Of a DNA stretch of 64,000 nt, positions 1 to 9,064 are shown piece after piece (position 1 is the first letter of the stretch; every line of letters starts with the position of its first letter). The DNA comes from Acidobacteriota bacterium. Lineage in GTDB: Bacteria > Acidobacteriota > UBA890 > WLXD01. The stretch is from positions 60,791 to 124,790 of the forward strand of contig CAXWPH010000001.1 of assembly GCA_963666055.2 (NCBI GenBank). Reading direction: 5' to 3'. The notes under the pieces are model-generated. The model did not search any database, was not told the origin of the DNA, and was given only the letters and a program-made list of their open reading frames with translations. Position numbers and translations under genes: made by a program.

Positions 1-1202
1 CCCGCAAGCTGACCCCACGGTGTGATGTTGGCGAACTCGGGGTTCGGTGAGCTCGGGTACCCCCAGAGCATGAATCCGGCGATCACCACACCGAGCACGC
101 CGGCGTAGCCATGCACCGCGACCGCGCCTACCGCGTCGTCGATCTTGAACCTCCTCTCCACCCAGTGGTGCAGCTTATACAAGCACAGCACTCCGAACGC
201 GCCGATGAGCAGCGCTTGCAGCGGATGGTAGAGGTCGTTGCCCGCGGAAGCGGTGATGATGCCCGCGAGGCCGCCCGAGAACGTCCAGTAGGGATCGCCC
301 TTGGAGACGAAGTAGCCGGCGAACAGCCCGCCTGACAGCGACATTAGGAAGTTGAAGGTGATCGCGCTCAGCGTCGTCGGCGTGAGGTAGATCGTCGTCG
401 CCGCGAAGAAGGTACGGGCAGAGTCCGGATCGATGTCGATGATCGGGATGTTGCACGCCGCGTAGAAGCCCCAGAAGCCGGTGTAAATCATGAACAGGCC
501 GATAATCACCAGCCAGCTGTTTTGCGGCGGAAACGCTCGCGCTGTGCCATCGGAACGGAACCGTCCGATACGCGGCCCGAGGTGGTAGAGAACGGCCAAC
601 GCCGAGCCGCCGCTGATGGCATGGATCACGCCTGACGCGTAGGCGTCGTGATACCCGAGCAGTCGCACCATCCAGCCCTCACCGGACCAGCCCCAGGCAG
701 CGTCGACGACCCAGGTGATCGAGCCCAGCATGATGGCGAAGAGCCAGAAAGCGCTCGATCGAATGCGCTCGATGACAGCGCCGGAAAGGATCGAAGCGCA
801 GGTCCAGGAGAACAGCAGGAACGCTCCGAAGAACACGCCGTTGAGGCGCGCCCAGGTCGCCGCGTCGCCCGGAGTCACCCCCGCCTGAACCGGTTGGCCA
901 CCCATGTGGGTGCCCATGAGCTCGCTCCATGGGAGCGCGAACGGAGCGGAGATCAAGCCGCCGGTAATGCCCGGTCCATTCTGCAGCGCGAAATAGATCC
1001 ACCATCCGAAGAAGAAGAACGTCACGGTGATCAACGGAATCACCATCGCATTCTTCATCAAGGTGTGCATCATGTTCTTCTGGCGCGACACCCCGACCTC
1101 GTACAGGCAGAACCCGACATGGATCAGGAACATCAGGACGATGCAGACCCAGTAGTAGAACTCCGTGAAGATGACGGTAAGGGCGGTGAGCTCGTTTTCC
1201 AT
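1..1202 (-). CDS. amt: Ammonium transporter (Amt family), 3' end runs off the window
   Basis: Absent from the ORF track; translated by hand from ATG at 1202 with a GAGGAG RBS: MENELTALTVIFTEFYYWVCIVLMFLIHVGFCLYEVGVSRQKN..., ILSGAVIER, HDAYASGVIH, LGPRIGRF, DDAVGAVAVHG (both conserved His present). Confidence 0.9.
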   Translation of the reverse strand, partial: MENELTALTVIFTEFYYWVCIVLMFLIHVGFCLYEVGVSRQKNMMHTLMKNAMVIPLITVTFFFFGWWIYFALQNGPGITGGLISAPFALPWSELMGTHMGGQPVQAGVTPGDAATWARLNGVFFGAFLLFSWTCASILSGAVIERIRSSAFWLFAIMLGSITWVVDAAWGWSGEGWMVRLLGYHDAYASGVIHAISGGSALAVLYHLGPRIGRFRSDGTARAFPPQNSWLVIIGLFMIYTGFWGFYAACNIPIIDIDPDSARTFFAATTIYLTPTTLSAITFNFLMSLSGGLFAGYFVSKGDPYWTFSGGLAGIITASAGNDLYHPLQALLIGAFGVLCLYKLHHWVERRFKIDDAVGAVAVHGYAGVLGVVIAGFMLWGYPSSPNPEFANITPWGQLA

Positions 1203-1272
1203 GGCTCCTCGGTGTCCTGCGTCAGACGGTCGTGGTGTTCAGCGGGTCGTCAGGCCCCGATCAACCTAGTGA

Positions 1273-2613
1273 CTAGCTCCAGGGGTAGGGGCTGTTGGAC
1301 ACCGGGTGCAATTTCCCCGCGGCATAACGCGAGAAGCGAAACGGCTCGAGCAACACGCTTCGATTGCCAACGATCTCCTCCGCCACGAGCTTGCCGACAC
1401 CGAGCATCTTGTAGCCGTGGTTGGAGTCGGCGATGAAGTAGCAGTTGCCGCGGAAGACATCGAATACCGGGAAGCTGTCTGCCGTGAACGAGCCGATACC
1501 GCCTGACGGCTCCTCGCCGCGGAACAGAGCGGACTTGCCAGCGAAGCGCTCCTGGCAAAACGCCAGCGCCGAGCACCACATGTTGGCGAAATCCTCGCCG
1601 ACGATGAAGTCGGGCGATTTGGGCCCGTATGGATCGACTGCCACATCATCGGCATCCTTGTCGACCTTGTAGGGCATGGCGCCACCTTGAACGCCCCCGA
1701 AGTTGAAGTCCGGTTTGTAGTAGATGCCCCATATCTGGTCGGTGATCAGCGAGCCATCGAGGTCGGAGTAGAGCGGCGCGTCGGTGTCGATGTGCACCAC
1801 CGGGGGCAACTCGCCGTCGTTTGTCCGCTGGAGATCAGGCTCGACGCCGAGCGTGCCCTCTTGCAGGCACCAGTAACGCCACATTGGGATGTTCTCGTGC
1901 ACGGTGCCGTTGTCGTTGACGGTGATGGTCTTGGGCAGCTCGAGCATGTCCCAGATGTGCTTCACCCACGGGCCCACACCCACGACGACGTAATCGGTGC
2001 GGATCGTCCCCTGGTCGGTCTCCACGGCGGTGATTCCGGCATCGGTGTACTGGAAGCCGGCAACTTTCACCCCGGAGTGGATCGTCACCCCGACGCCTTC
2101 CGCCTTGCCGGCAAGCCCGAGCATCGACGCCATGTTGTTGGCGTAACCACCCTTCTTCTCGTGCAAGACGGAGGTGATTCCACGAGCCCTCCAGTCGTGG
2201 AACAGACCCTTCATGTATTTCTCGGACTCGGCCGCTCCGACAATGAGCTCGGATTCGTAACCGATCGCCTTCTGTTGCTCGTAGATCTGCGCGACATCGG
2301 CCTCCATCACGGCCGGACTGATCTGCATGTAGCCGACCGGATGATAGCTATACGCTTCCGGGTCGCTGTCCCATACCTCGACGCTATGCGCCATTAGCTC
2401 GCGCATTGCCGGCTGAAAATAGTTGTTGCGGATTACGCCGCAGGCAATCCCCGACGCTCCGGCGCCGACGCCTTCCTTGTCGAGCACGATAATGTCGGCC
2501 CCACTTCCCTGCCCCCGTGCTTTCAGCTCAAGCGCCAGATGATAGGCGGTGCTCAGGCCGTGAATGCCGGCACCGATGACGACGTACTTGCTTGCTTCCG
2601 GTAAAGAGCTCAT
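1273..2613 (-). CDS. FAD-dependent oxidoreductase, DAO/monomeric sarcosine oxidase-like
   Basis: VVIGAGIHG dinucleotide motif, GASGIACG, C-terminal SNHGYK and LEPFRFSRY; starts 8 bp after the tdm stop. Confidence 0.85.
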   Translation of the reverse strand: MSSLPEASKYVVIGAGIHGLSTAYHLALELKARGQGSGADIIVLDKEGVGAGASGIACGVIRNNYFQPAMRELMAHSVEVWDSDPEAYSYHPVGYMQISPAVMEADVAQIYEQQKAIGYESELIVGAAESEKYMKGLFHDWRARGITSVLHEKKGGYANNMASMLGLAGKAEGVGVTIHSGVKVAGFQYTDAGITAVETDQGTIRTDYVVVGVGPWVKHIWDMLELPKTITVNDNGTVHENIPMWRYWCLQEGTLGVEPDLQRTNDGELPPVVHIDTDAPLYSDLDGSLITDQIWGIYYKPDFNFGGVQGGAMPYKVDKDADDVAVDPYGPKSPDFIVGEDFANMWCSALAFCQERFAGKSALFRGEEPSGGIGSFTADSFPVFDVFRGNCYFIADSNHGYKMLGVGKLVAEEIVGNRSVLLEPFRFSRYAAGKLHPVSNSPYPWS

Positions 2614-2621
2614 CGAAAACC

Positions 2622-4967
2622 TCAGCTACGAGGACGTTTCTTGCCGGGGTCATAGAACGGGAACTGCACCACGGTCGCCGCGATGCGCTTCTGATGCCCG
2701 TCGAGCTTACCGACTTCCAGCTCGGCGCCAGGGTCAGCGTGCTCCTTGGCCAACCGGCACAGGGCGATGTTCTTTCGCAGGATGGGAGAGCGCGTGCCGC
2801 TGGTGATCACTCCCACCTGACTGCGACCGGCGTACACGCCGTCGCCGTGGCCACCGGTCTCGCTGCCTTCGAGCTCCAGGCCGACCAGCAGTCGCTGCGG
2901 GTGCGCTTTGCGCTCGACGAGGGCTGCCCGACCAACGAAATCGTCATCCGTGCTCTCGAGGTCAACGGTGAACCCGATGCCTGCTTCGAACGGATCCACC
3001 TGGTCGTCGTACTCGTATCCTGGGAAGATCAGCCCCGACTCGATGCGCAAGATGTCGAGAGCATCCAGGCCTAGCGGCGCCAGATCGTGCGGCTCGCCCG
3101 CCTCCCAGATCGCATCCCAAACGGCAACGGCATCGTTGGGGTGGCACCAGACCTCATAGCCGAGCTCACCCGTGTAGCCGGTTCGGGATACCAGCAGCGG
3201 CGTGCCGTCTGCCGCTGCTACGCGGCCGACGGTAAAGCGGAACCACTTGAGCTCGTCGATGCTCGGCTGGGTGGGCGCGGTCCAGACAACCTCTCGAAGG
3301 ATATCGCGGCTACTGGGGCCCTGCACGGCGATGTTGTGGAGCTGTTCCGACGACGACTTGACCCACACCTTGAGCCGCCGTTTCTCGGCCTGTTCACGCA
3401 GCCAGATGCCGTCCGTCGCGTTGCCGCCGATCCAACGGAAGTTGTCGGCGCCGAGGCGGAACAACGTGCCGTCGTCCAGCAGACCGCCGGTCTCATTACA
3501 CATCGACGTATACGACACCTGACCGACGGCTACGCGGCGCACATTGCGGGTGAGCGTCGCCTGCATCAGTGCTTCGGCACCGGGGCCGAGAACCTCGAAC
3601 TTGCGAAGGGCCGACAGATCCATCACCACCGCGCCCTCGCGGCAGGCGTAATACTCCTTGATGGCGCCGTAGTCGGTGAATTCCGTCGGCAGCCAGTAGC
3701 CGCCATATTCGGTGAACTTCCGAGTCAACGCCGAGGTACGCGGGTGGAACCCGGTCTCGCGCGTCAGCTTGGGCTCGGCGTCAGGAGTCATCCGATGTGC
3801 GATCCCCATCGAAAAAGAGCTCTTGGCCGGATACACGCGAACGTGCACCTCAGTGGGATTCCAGGCATTGGCAGCATCGATGTCGTCGGGACAAGCCGAG
3901 GTCAAACAGACGAGATCGGTCAGCGCCCGGAGCAAGACGTAGTCGCCCGGCCGCGACCACGGCTCGTCGAGGTACAGGACGTTGTTGTCGTCGATGCGGG
4001 TATTGTAGAAGAAGTTGATCGCCGGCCAACCTCGCCGCGATGCGATGGTGTATGGATCCAGCGCGGCGCTGAAGTTGTCAGAGCAATTGGCGTGGCCGAA
4101 GTAGCCCATGTCCTCGTAGTACTTCGCCGTGCATGCCAGCCCGAAGGTGTCGTGGCGCCCGACCGTGTCGCGTACGACCTCGAGAAGCGCCTGGAGGTCC
4201 TGGTCATAGAACTTCGAATACAAGCCGGGCGCTGGGTAGGCCGCACCCATGAACGTCCGAGTAGCCGTGGCGTCGAGACCTTTCTCCACCCCGTTTTGCA
4301 AGGCGCCGGAACGAAACGCGAGAAAATCCGAGCATTGCCGTCCGGCCACGTCGATAACTTGGATGTACTCGCCGGCCTTCACCTCGTAGGCGCGTGCTGC
4401 GGCGCGCTCGATGCGCATGTCGAGACGCATATCGCCAAGTGGTGTCGGGAGCGGTACCTTCGGAGTCTCGGTCACCCGGGCCCGCTGAACGATCACCCGC
4501 AGGTCGGTCGGCGGATCCTGCGCATCGACGCGCATCGGACCACCCGGTGCTCCAACAATGCAGATGACGTCACGCTCCGCCGTGAACGACTCCGCCGCTC
4601 CCGGAGGCCCATCGCCGCGGAACAGCTGCAGCGCCGGCGCACCACGTGGATCGATACCGCGCGCCAGCAGAGCGGCGACCGCGGCGTCCGTATCGGCTTC
4701 CCGCTCAGCTTGCGCAATTCCCAGTACGCCCAGCTTGCTGTCGGCTGCGACGTTGAGCGCGGCGCTGTCCTCGCCGCCGGTTGGAGAGAAGACCGCCAGC
4801 TCGCAGCGCTGCCCGCCCTCGACGTCGGTGATGTCGATGCGGTCACCGGCCGCCAGCGCCACGACCGTGGCGCCACCGCCTGCGACTCGATACCGCTCCC
4901 TGCCGGGCGCCTCGGGGAGCAGGCCTCCCGCGACCCAGCGCGACCCCTCGAGCTGCGACAGGATCAC
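2622..4967 (-). CDS. tdm: Trimethylamine N-oxide demethylase (DUF1989 + GcvT-like aminomethyltransferase)
   Basis: 781 aa; RHDTFGLAC-x12-H-x2-C...x63-C metal-ligand spacing matches the C263/H276/C279/C343 pattern I recall for Methylocella Tdm; GcvT motifs SRTGYTGELGYE and LDILRIESG. Confidence 0.85.
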   Translation of the reverse strand: MILSQLEGSRWVAGGLLPEAPGRERYRVAGGGATVVALAAGDRIDITDVEGGQRCELAVFSPTGGEDSAALNVAADSKLGVLGIAQAEREADTDAAVAALLARGIDPRGAPALQLFRGDGPPGAAESFTAERDVICIVGAPGGPMRVDAQDPPTDLRVIVQRARVTETPKVPLPTPLGDMRLDMRIERAAARAYEVKAGEYIQVIDVAGRQCSDFLAFRSGALQNGVEKGLDATATRTFMGAAYPAPGLYSKFYDQDLQALLEVVRDTVGRHDTFGLACTAKYYEDMGYFGHANCSDNFSAALDPYTIASRRGWPAINFFYNTRIDDNNVLYLDEPWSRPGDYVLLRALTDLVCLTSACPDDIDAANAWNPTEVHVRVYPAKSSFSMGIAHRMTPDAEPKLTRETGFHPRTSALTRKFTEYGGYWLPTEFTDYGAIKEYYACREGAVVMDLSALRKFEVLGPGAEALMQATLTRNVRRVAVGQVSYTSMCNETGGLLDDGTLFRLGADNFRWIGGNATDGIWLREQAEKRRLKVWVKSSSEQLHNIAVQGPSSRDILREVVWTAPTQPSIDELKWFRFTVGRVAAADGTPLLVSRTGYTGELGYEVWCHPNDAVAVWDAIWEAGEPHDLAPLGLDALDILRIESGLIFPGYEYDDQVDPFEAGIGFTVDLESTDDDFVGRAALVERKAHPQRLLVGLELEGSETGGHGDGVYAGRSQVGVITSGTRSPILRKNIALCRLAKEHADPGAELEVGKLDGHQKRIAATVVQFPFYDPGKKRPRS

Positions 4968-6361
4968 TGCGACTCCTCGGCCTCCGCGAGCAGTTCCTGG
5001 GCCAGCGCGCTCTTGGCCGCAGCGTCCATCTTCTTGATCTCGTTGTGGAGTACGCGCTCGTTAACCGATTGGTTCCAGTAGTCGATCGAGTCGAACCCCA
5101 ATAACACCGCCTTGCCGACAAACTGCCGCAGTACCTCGTTGGTCGGGCCCATGACCCAACCAGCCTTGCCGTCGCGAAGGTAACGCTCGATGCCCAGGCC
5201 CGGCTTGTAGCCGGTTCCGCCACAAGCGTGGAGCATCTTGTCGGCAACGTTGGCGACGTTCTTGGCGGCGGTAAACTTCACCTGCCACATCCAGTGCAGC
5301 ACGGTCGATCGCGGCAGCACCGCGACGTCCTCGTGGATCGACCAGTCGCAGTCGTTGGTCTTCTGGTCCATCGCCGCGGTCAACTGGTAGACGAACGCGC
5401 GCGACGTGTTGGTATCGATCACGGCCTCACCAATGTAGTCCTGAATGGTCGGGTAATCGCAGACCCGCATGCCCACGTCGACGTGTTTCTTCTTGGTCGT
5501 GTGCCCCTTCGCGATATCGATCAGACCCATCGATATGCCGTTCCAGCAGGACGACGAGCACGCCAGAAAGAAGGGATCGACGGCCTCGTCATTGGAGCTC
5601 GCGCCGTCACCGATCCGACCGATGAGACGACCCTCGGGAATCGTCTTGTCCTCTACCTGCAGCGGCCCCGATTGGTTGCCACGCAGACCGAGACCGTCCC
5701 AGGTCGATGGATCGGCGCTGATCTCGTCGGCCATGATCAGGAAGCACGATAGGTCCGAGTAGTCGCCATCGAAGTTCGGGCTGGTGGTCTGTATGACGTA
5801 CCAGTCGGCGAACCCGCCTGAAGTAGTCCACGACGACTTCTTGTTGACCTTCCAGCCGTCCTCGACGCGCTCCGCGCTGGAGGAGAACGGATACCAGAAG
5901 TGCGATCCGGTCTCCGGATCCGAGTACGACAGGGTGCCGATCAGGACCTCATCGTCGAGGCGCCGCATGAGGCTCTGGATGGTCTCGTTACCGTGGGCCC
6001 GGAACATCGCCGCGGCGACAGCGCTGACGTGCATGGTGTAGCACATCGCCGTGCTGGCGCATCCGTACCGAGCTATGGTCTCGACCACCATGGCCATGCA
6101 AGTGTGGCTCTCGCCGCGCCCACCGAGCTCCTTCGGCACCAACAAGCCGAGAAGACCGAGCGATGCGAGAGCCTCGAAGTTCTTGCGCGGAAAGATCAGG
6201 TCGCGATCGCTCTCCACGGCGTTGTCACGCATCGTGCTCTGGCAGAGATCGATGAGCGACGCCTGAAGCTCCTGCTGTTCCGGGGTGAGGATCCATTGCG
6301 GATCCCAGTCGTAGGACAGCCCCCAGAACTCGTCGGCGCCCCACTTCTTGGTTTCGCTCAC
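4964..6361 (-). CDS. Acyl-CoA dehydrogenase-fold flavoprotein, atypical active site
   Basis: LSYSDPETGS, WKVNKKSSWTT, GLRGNQSG, HACGGTGY...IERYLRD; VMGPT replaces the usual (Y/G)EGT; GTGA overlap with tdm. Confidence 0.8.
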   Translation of the reverse strand: MSETKKWGADEFWGLSYDWDPQWILTPEQQELQASLIDLCQSTMRDNAVESDRDLIFPRKNFEALASLGLLGLLVPKELGGRGESHTCMAMVVETIARYGCASTAMCYTMHVSAVAAAMFRAHGNETIQSLMRRLDDEVLIGTLSYSDPETGSHFWYPFSSSAERVEDGWKVNKKSSWTTSGGFADWYVIQTTSPNFDGDYSDLSCFLIMADEISADPSTWDGLGLRGNQSGPLQVEDKTIPEGRLIGRIGDGASSNDEAVDPFFLACSSSCWNGISMGLIDIAKGHTTKKKHVDVGMRVCDYPTIQDYIGEAVIDTNTSRAFVYQLTAAMDQKTNDCDWSIHEDVAVLPRSTVLHWMWQVKFTAAKNVANVADKMLHACGGTGYKPGLGIERYLRDGKAGWVMGPTNEVLRQFVGKAVLLGFDSIDYWNQSVNERVLHNEIKKMDAAAKSALAQELLAEAEESQ

Positions 6362-6431
6362 GTCGGCCTCGCGATCAACCCTCGTCGATCGATGTGGGCC
6401 GCGTCGCGACCCCGCTGGAGAGAAGAACGCC

Positions 6432-6848
6432 TCAGAACTTCTTGTGCCGCTCTCCCAGGTCGTAGAGCGGGTGCTGTGGCGACATTTGGAATTTCAGCAG
6501 CAGCTCGCGCGCCACCATGTCGCGTTCCTGCTGCGAGTCGGGCAGCTCCATGTCTTCCGGGACCACCACCCAGCCGTTGATGTTGCGGTCGAAGACGGCC
6601 GAACGACCTTCCTCGTAGCCCATGTGAACATCTTCCATCCAGTTGAGATCCGGCCAGCCCATGTGTTCGATGTACTTCTCGAGCAGCGGGGTCATCAGCG
6701 AGTAGTCCGGCACCAGGTTGACGTCGTACCGGTAGCCGATGTGCTGACCGATCTCGAGCTCACGGTCGGTGTCCAACCCGCTCGATTTGAGATAGTAGTC
6801 GACGTCCTCCGCTTGGGACTCGCTGTTCTTTTGGGCTTCGTCGCTCAC
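6432..6848 (-). CDS. Hypothetical protein, 138 aa
   Basis: Natural-looking composition, fills the gap in a co-directional operon, purine-rich (GAGAG) stretch upstream of GTG start. Confidence 0.8.
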   Translation of the reverse strand: MSDEAQKNSESQAEDVDYYLKSSGLDTDRELEIGQHIGYRYDVNLVPDYSLMTPLLEKYIEHMGWPDLNWMEDVHMGYEEGRSAVFDRNINGWVVVPEDMELPDSQQERDMVARELLLKFQMSPQHPLYDLGERHKKF

Positions 6849-6869
6849 GTTGTCTCTCGCTGTGTTGGA

Positions 6870-8213
6870 TCAGAATCGGGTCATTTCAGGGTGGCCGACA
6901 GTGTAGCGAGTGCCCGCAATGGGCACCTCCGCCATAGCCGAGGCCTCGGAGGTCAGCGCCGCCAGGTCTTCCGGCTCCAGTGAGTGGACGTTGGTCTTGC
7001 CGCAGGCGCGCGCCATCATCTGACATTCGATGGTCAGCGTGTGCAGGAAGTTGAACACGCGAATCGCCGCTTCGTCGGGATCCAGACGCTTGCGCAGCTC
7101 GGGATCCTGAGTGGCGACACCCACGGGGCACAAACCGGTGTGGCAGTGGTAGCAGTAGCCCGCCGGCACGCCGATCGTTCCCTCGAAGTCTGCTTCGGGG
7201 ATGTCGCGGTTGCAGTTGAGCGCCACCATCGCCGCCGTACCGATCGCAATGGCGTCGGCACCCAGCGCCAGCGCTTTGGCCACATCCGCGCCATTGCGGA
7301 TGCCGCCGGCGTAGACCAGCGATATCTCGCCCGTCTTGCCGACGTCGTCGAGCGCGTGCCGTGCCTGCCGGATCGCGGCGATCCCCGGAACGCCAGTCTC
7401 CTCGGTGGCGAGATGGGGCCCGGCCCCGGTGGAGCCTTCCATACCGTCAAGGTAGATGCTGTCCGGGCCCGTCTTGGCGGCCATGCGAACGTCGTCATAG
7501 ACGCGTGCCGCTCCGAGCTTCAACTGAATGGGGATCTCGCCGTTGGTGGCCTCGCGGATCTCGTCGATCTTCAGCGCCAGATCATCTGGCCCCAGCCAAT
7601 CCGGGTGCCGCGCCGGCGAGCGCTGATCGATCCCCGCCGGCAGGTTGCGCATCTCCGCCACCTGATCGGTGACCTTCTGCCCCATGAGGTGGCCGCCGAG
7701 ACCCACCTTGCAGCCCTGTCCGATGAAGAACTCGCAGGCGTCGGCAAGGCGCAAGTGGTGCGGGTTGAATCCGTAACGCGACTGGATGCACTGGTAGAGC
7801 CACTTCGACGAGTACCGGCGCTCGTCGGGCAGCATGCCGCCCTCTCCCGAGCAGGTGGCCGTTCCGGCCATCGTGGCGCCGCGTGCCAGCGCCACCTTCG
7901 CCTCGTAGGACAGCGCGCCGAAGCTCATTCCGGTGATGTAGATCGGGATGTCCATCAACAGCGGACGCTTCGCTTTGGGGCCGATGACGGTCTCCGTGAG
8001 GCACTTTTCACGGTAGCCCTCGATGACGAACCGAGTGAGCGTGCCGGGCAGAAAGGTGAGGTCGTCCCAGGTCGGGATCTTCTTGAACAGCGCCATACCG
8101 CGCATGCGGTAACGACCCAGATCCGACTTGATGTGGATGTCATCGATGACGCTGGGCTTGAACACGAAGTTCTGCCCCAGAATGTCCTTGTTACGCTTGC
8201 CGTTGTCGGTCAC
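6870..8213 (-). CDS. mgsC: N-methylglutamate synthase subunit C (FMN-binding glutamate synthase domain)
   Basis: GMSFGALS, SGEGG, GQGCKVGLGGHL, CYHCHTGLCPVGVATQ Fe-S motif; adjacent to mgsAB and gmaS. Confidence 0.88.
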   Translation of the reverse strand: MTDNGKRNKDILGQNFVFKPSVIDDIHIKSDLGRYRMRGMALFKKIPTWDDLTFLPGTLTRFVIEGYREKCLTETVIGPKAKRPLLMDIPIYITGMSFGALSYEAKVALARGATMAGTATCSGEGGMLPDERRYSSKWLYQCIQSRYGFNPHHLRLADACEFFIGQGCKVGLGGHLMGQKVTDQVAEMRNLPAGIDQRSPARHPDWLGPDDLALKIDEIREATNGEIPIQLKLGAARVYDDVRMAAKTGPDSIYLDGMEGSTGAGPHLATEETGVPGIAAIRQARHALDDVGKTGEISLVYAGGIRNGADVAKALALGADAIAIGTAAMVALNCNRDIPEADFEGTIGVPAGYCYHCHTGLCPVGVATQDPELRKRLDPDEAAIRVFNFLHTLTIECQMMARACGKTNVHSLEPEDLAALTSEASAMAEVPIAGTRYTVGHPEMTRF

Positions 8214-9064
8214 AGCACGATCTTCTTTTCAGTGGGTTCGAGGTTGTCGTAGTTCCACAGCTGTTTGCCGGCGACGATCTTCTGCAGCTTCTCTACGCCG
8301 TTGGGCGCCTTGAGACCGTAGAGGTCGAGCTTACGCTGCAAGAACGCCGCCTCGTGATCGGTCATCTCGCCAGGCACCGCGTCGATGCCCAGCGAAGCGA
8401 TGTCGCCGCCGACATAGATGGTCCCGTCGTACATCGAGTCGCCAAGGCTCTCGTCGGCGTCGCCGAGGATGATCATGCGCCCGCGCTGCATCATGAACGC
8501 TGACAACATTCCGGTACGCCCACCGACAATGATCGTTCCGCCTTTCTGATTGATTCCGGTTCGCGCTCCCACGTCGCCGCGGCAGACGAGGTCGCCTCCG
8601 CGGATGGCGGCGCCGAAGCATGACCCGGCGTTCTTCTCCACCACGATCGTGCCTGCCATCATGTTCTCGCCACACGACCAGCCGACCCGGCCTCGGATTC
8701 GTACATTCGGGCCATCGTTCAAGCCGATCCCGAAATAGCCGAGCGAGCCATCGAAGTCCAGCTTCAGCCGGTTGAGGATTCCAACCCCGAGGGAGTGTTT
8801 GGCGCCTGGGTTGCGGACGATGATGTGGCCATGTCCCTCGCCGATGAGCTCGCGGATGCGCACGTTGATCGCACTGGTGTCCATCTCGGCAGCATCAAAT
8901 TCGGCGGAGTGATCGAAGTCGACCTCGACACTGTCCGGATAGACGAGATTCTCCCCCTCCTCGGCCCGGAAGAAGGTCTTGTAGGAACGGCCCTTCAGCG
9001 GTTCCGCGTGCACGTCGATCGGTTCACTCGTCGATTGCTTTGCCATCGCTAGTTGGTGCTCCAC
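8210..9064 (-). CDS. mgsB: N-methylglutamate synthase subunit B (GltB C-terminal/FwdC GXGXG beta-helix)
   Basis: NPGAKHSLGVG, GENMMAGTI, LGDSMYDG; true start may be ATG at 9046. Confidence 0.85.
   Translation of the reverse strand: MEHQLAMAKQSTSEPIDVHAEPLKGRSYKTFFRAEEGENLVYPDSVEVDFDHSAEFDAAEMDTSAINVRIRELIGEGHGHIIVRNPGAKHSLGVGILNRLKLDFDGSLGYFGIGLNDGPNVRIRGRVGWSCGENMMAGTIVVEKNAGSCFGAAIRGGDLVCRGDVGARTGINQKGGTIIVGGRTGMLSAFMMQRGRMIILGDADESLGDSMYDGTIYVGGDIASLGIDAVPGEMTDHEAAFLQRKLDLYGLKAPNGVEKLQKIVAGKQLWNYDNLEPTEKKIVL

Noticed and set aside
3087-5081. Long plus-strand ORF (664 aa) and similar antisense ORFs such as 6984-8252, 11957-13366 and 35942-37786
   Set aside because: Shadow ORFs opposite clearly recognisable genes in high-GC DNA
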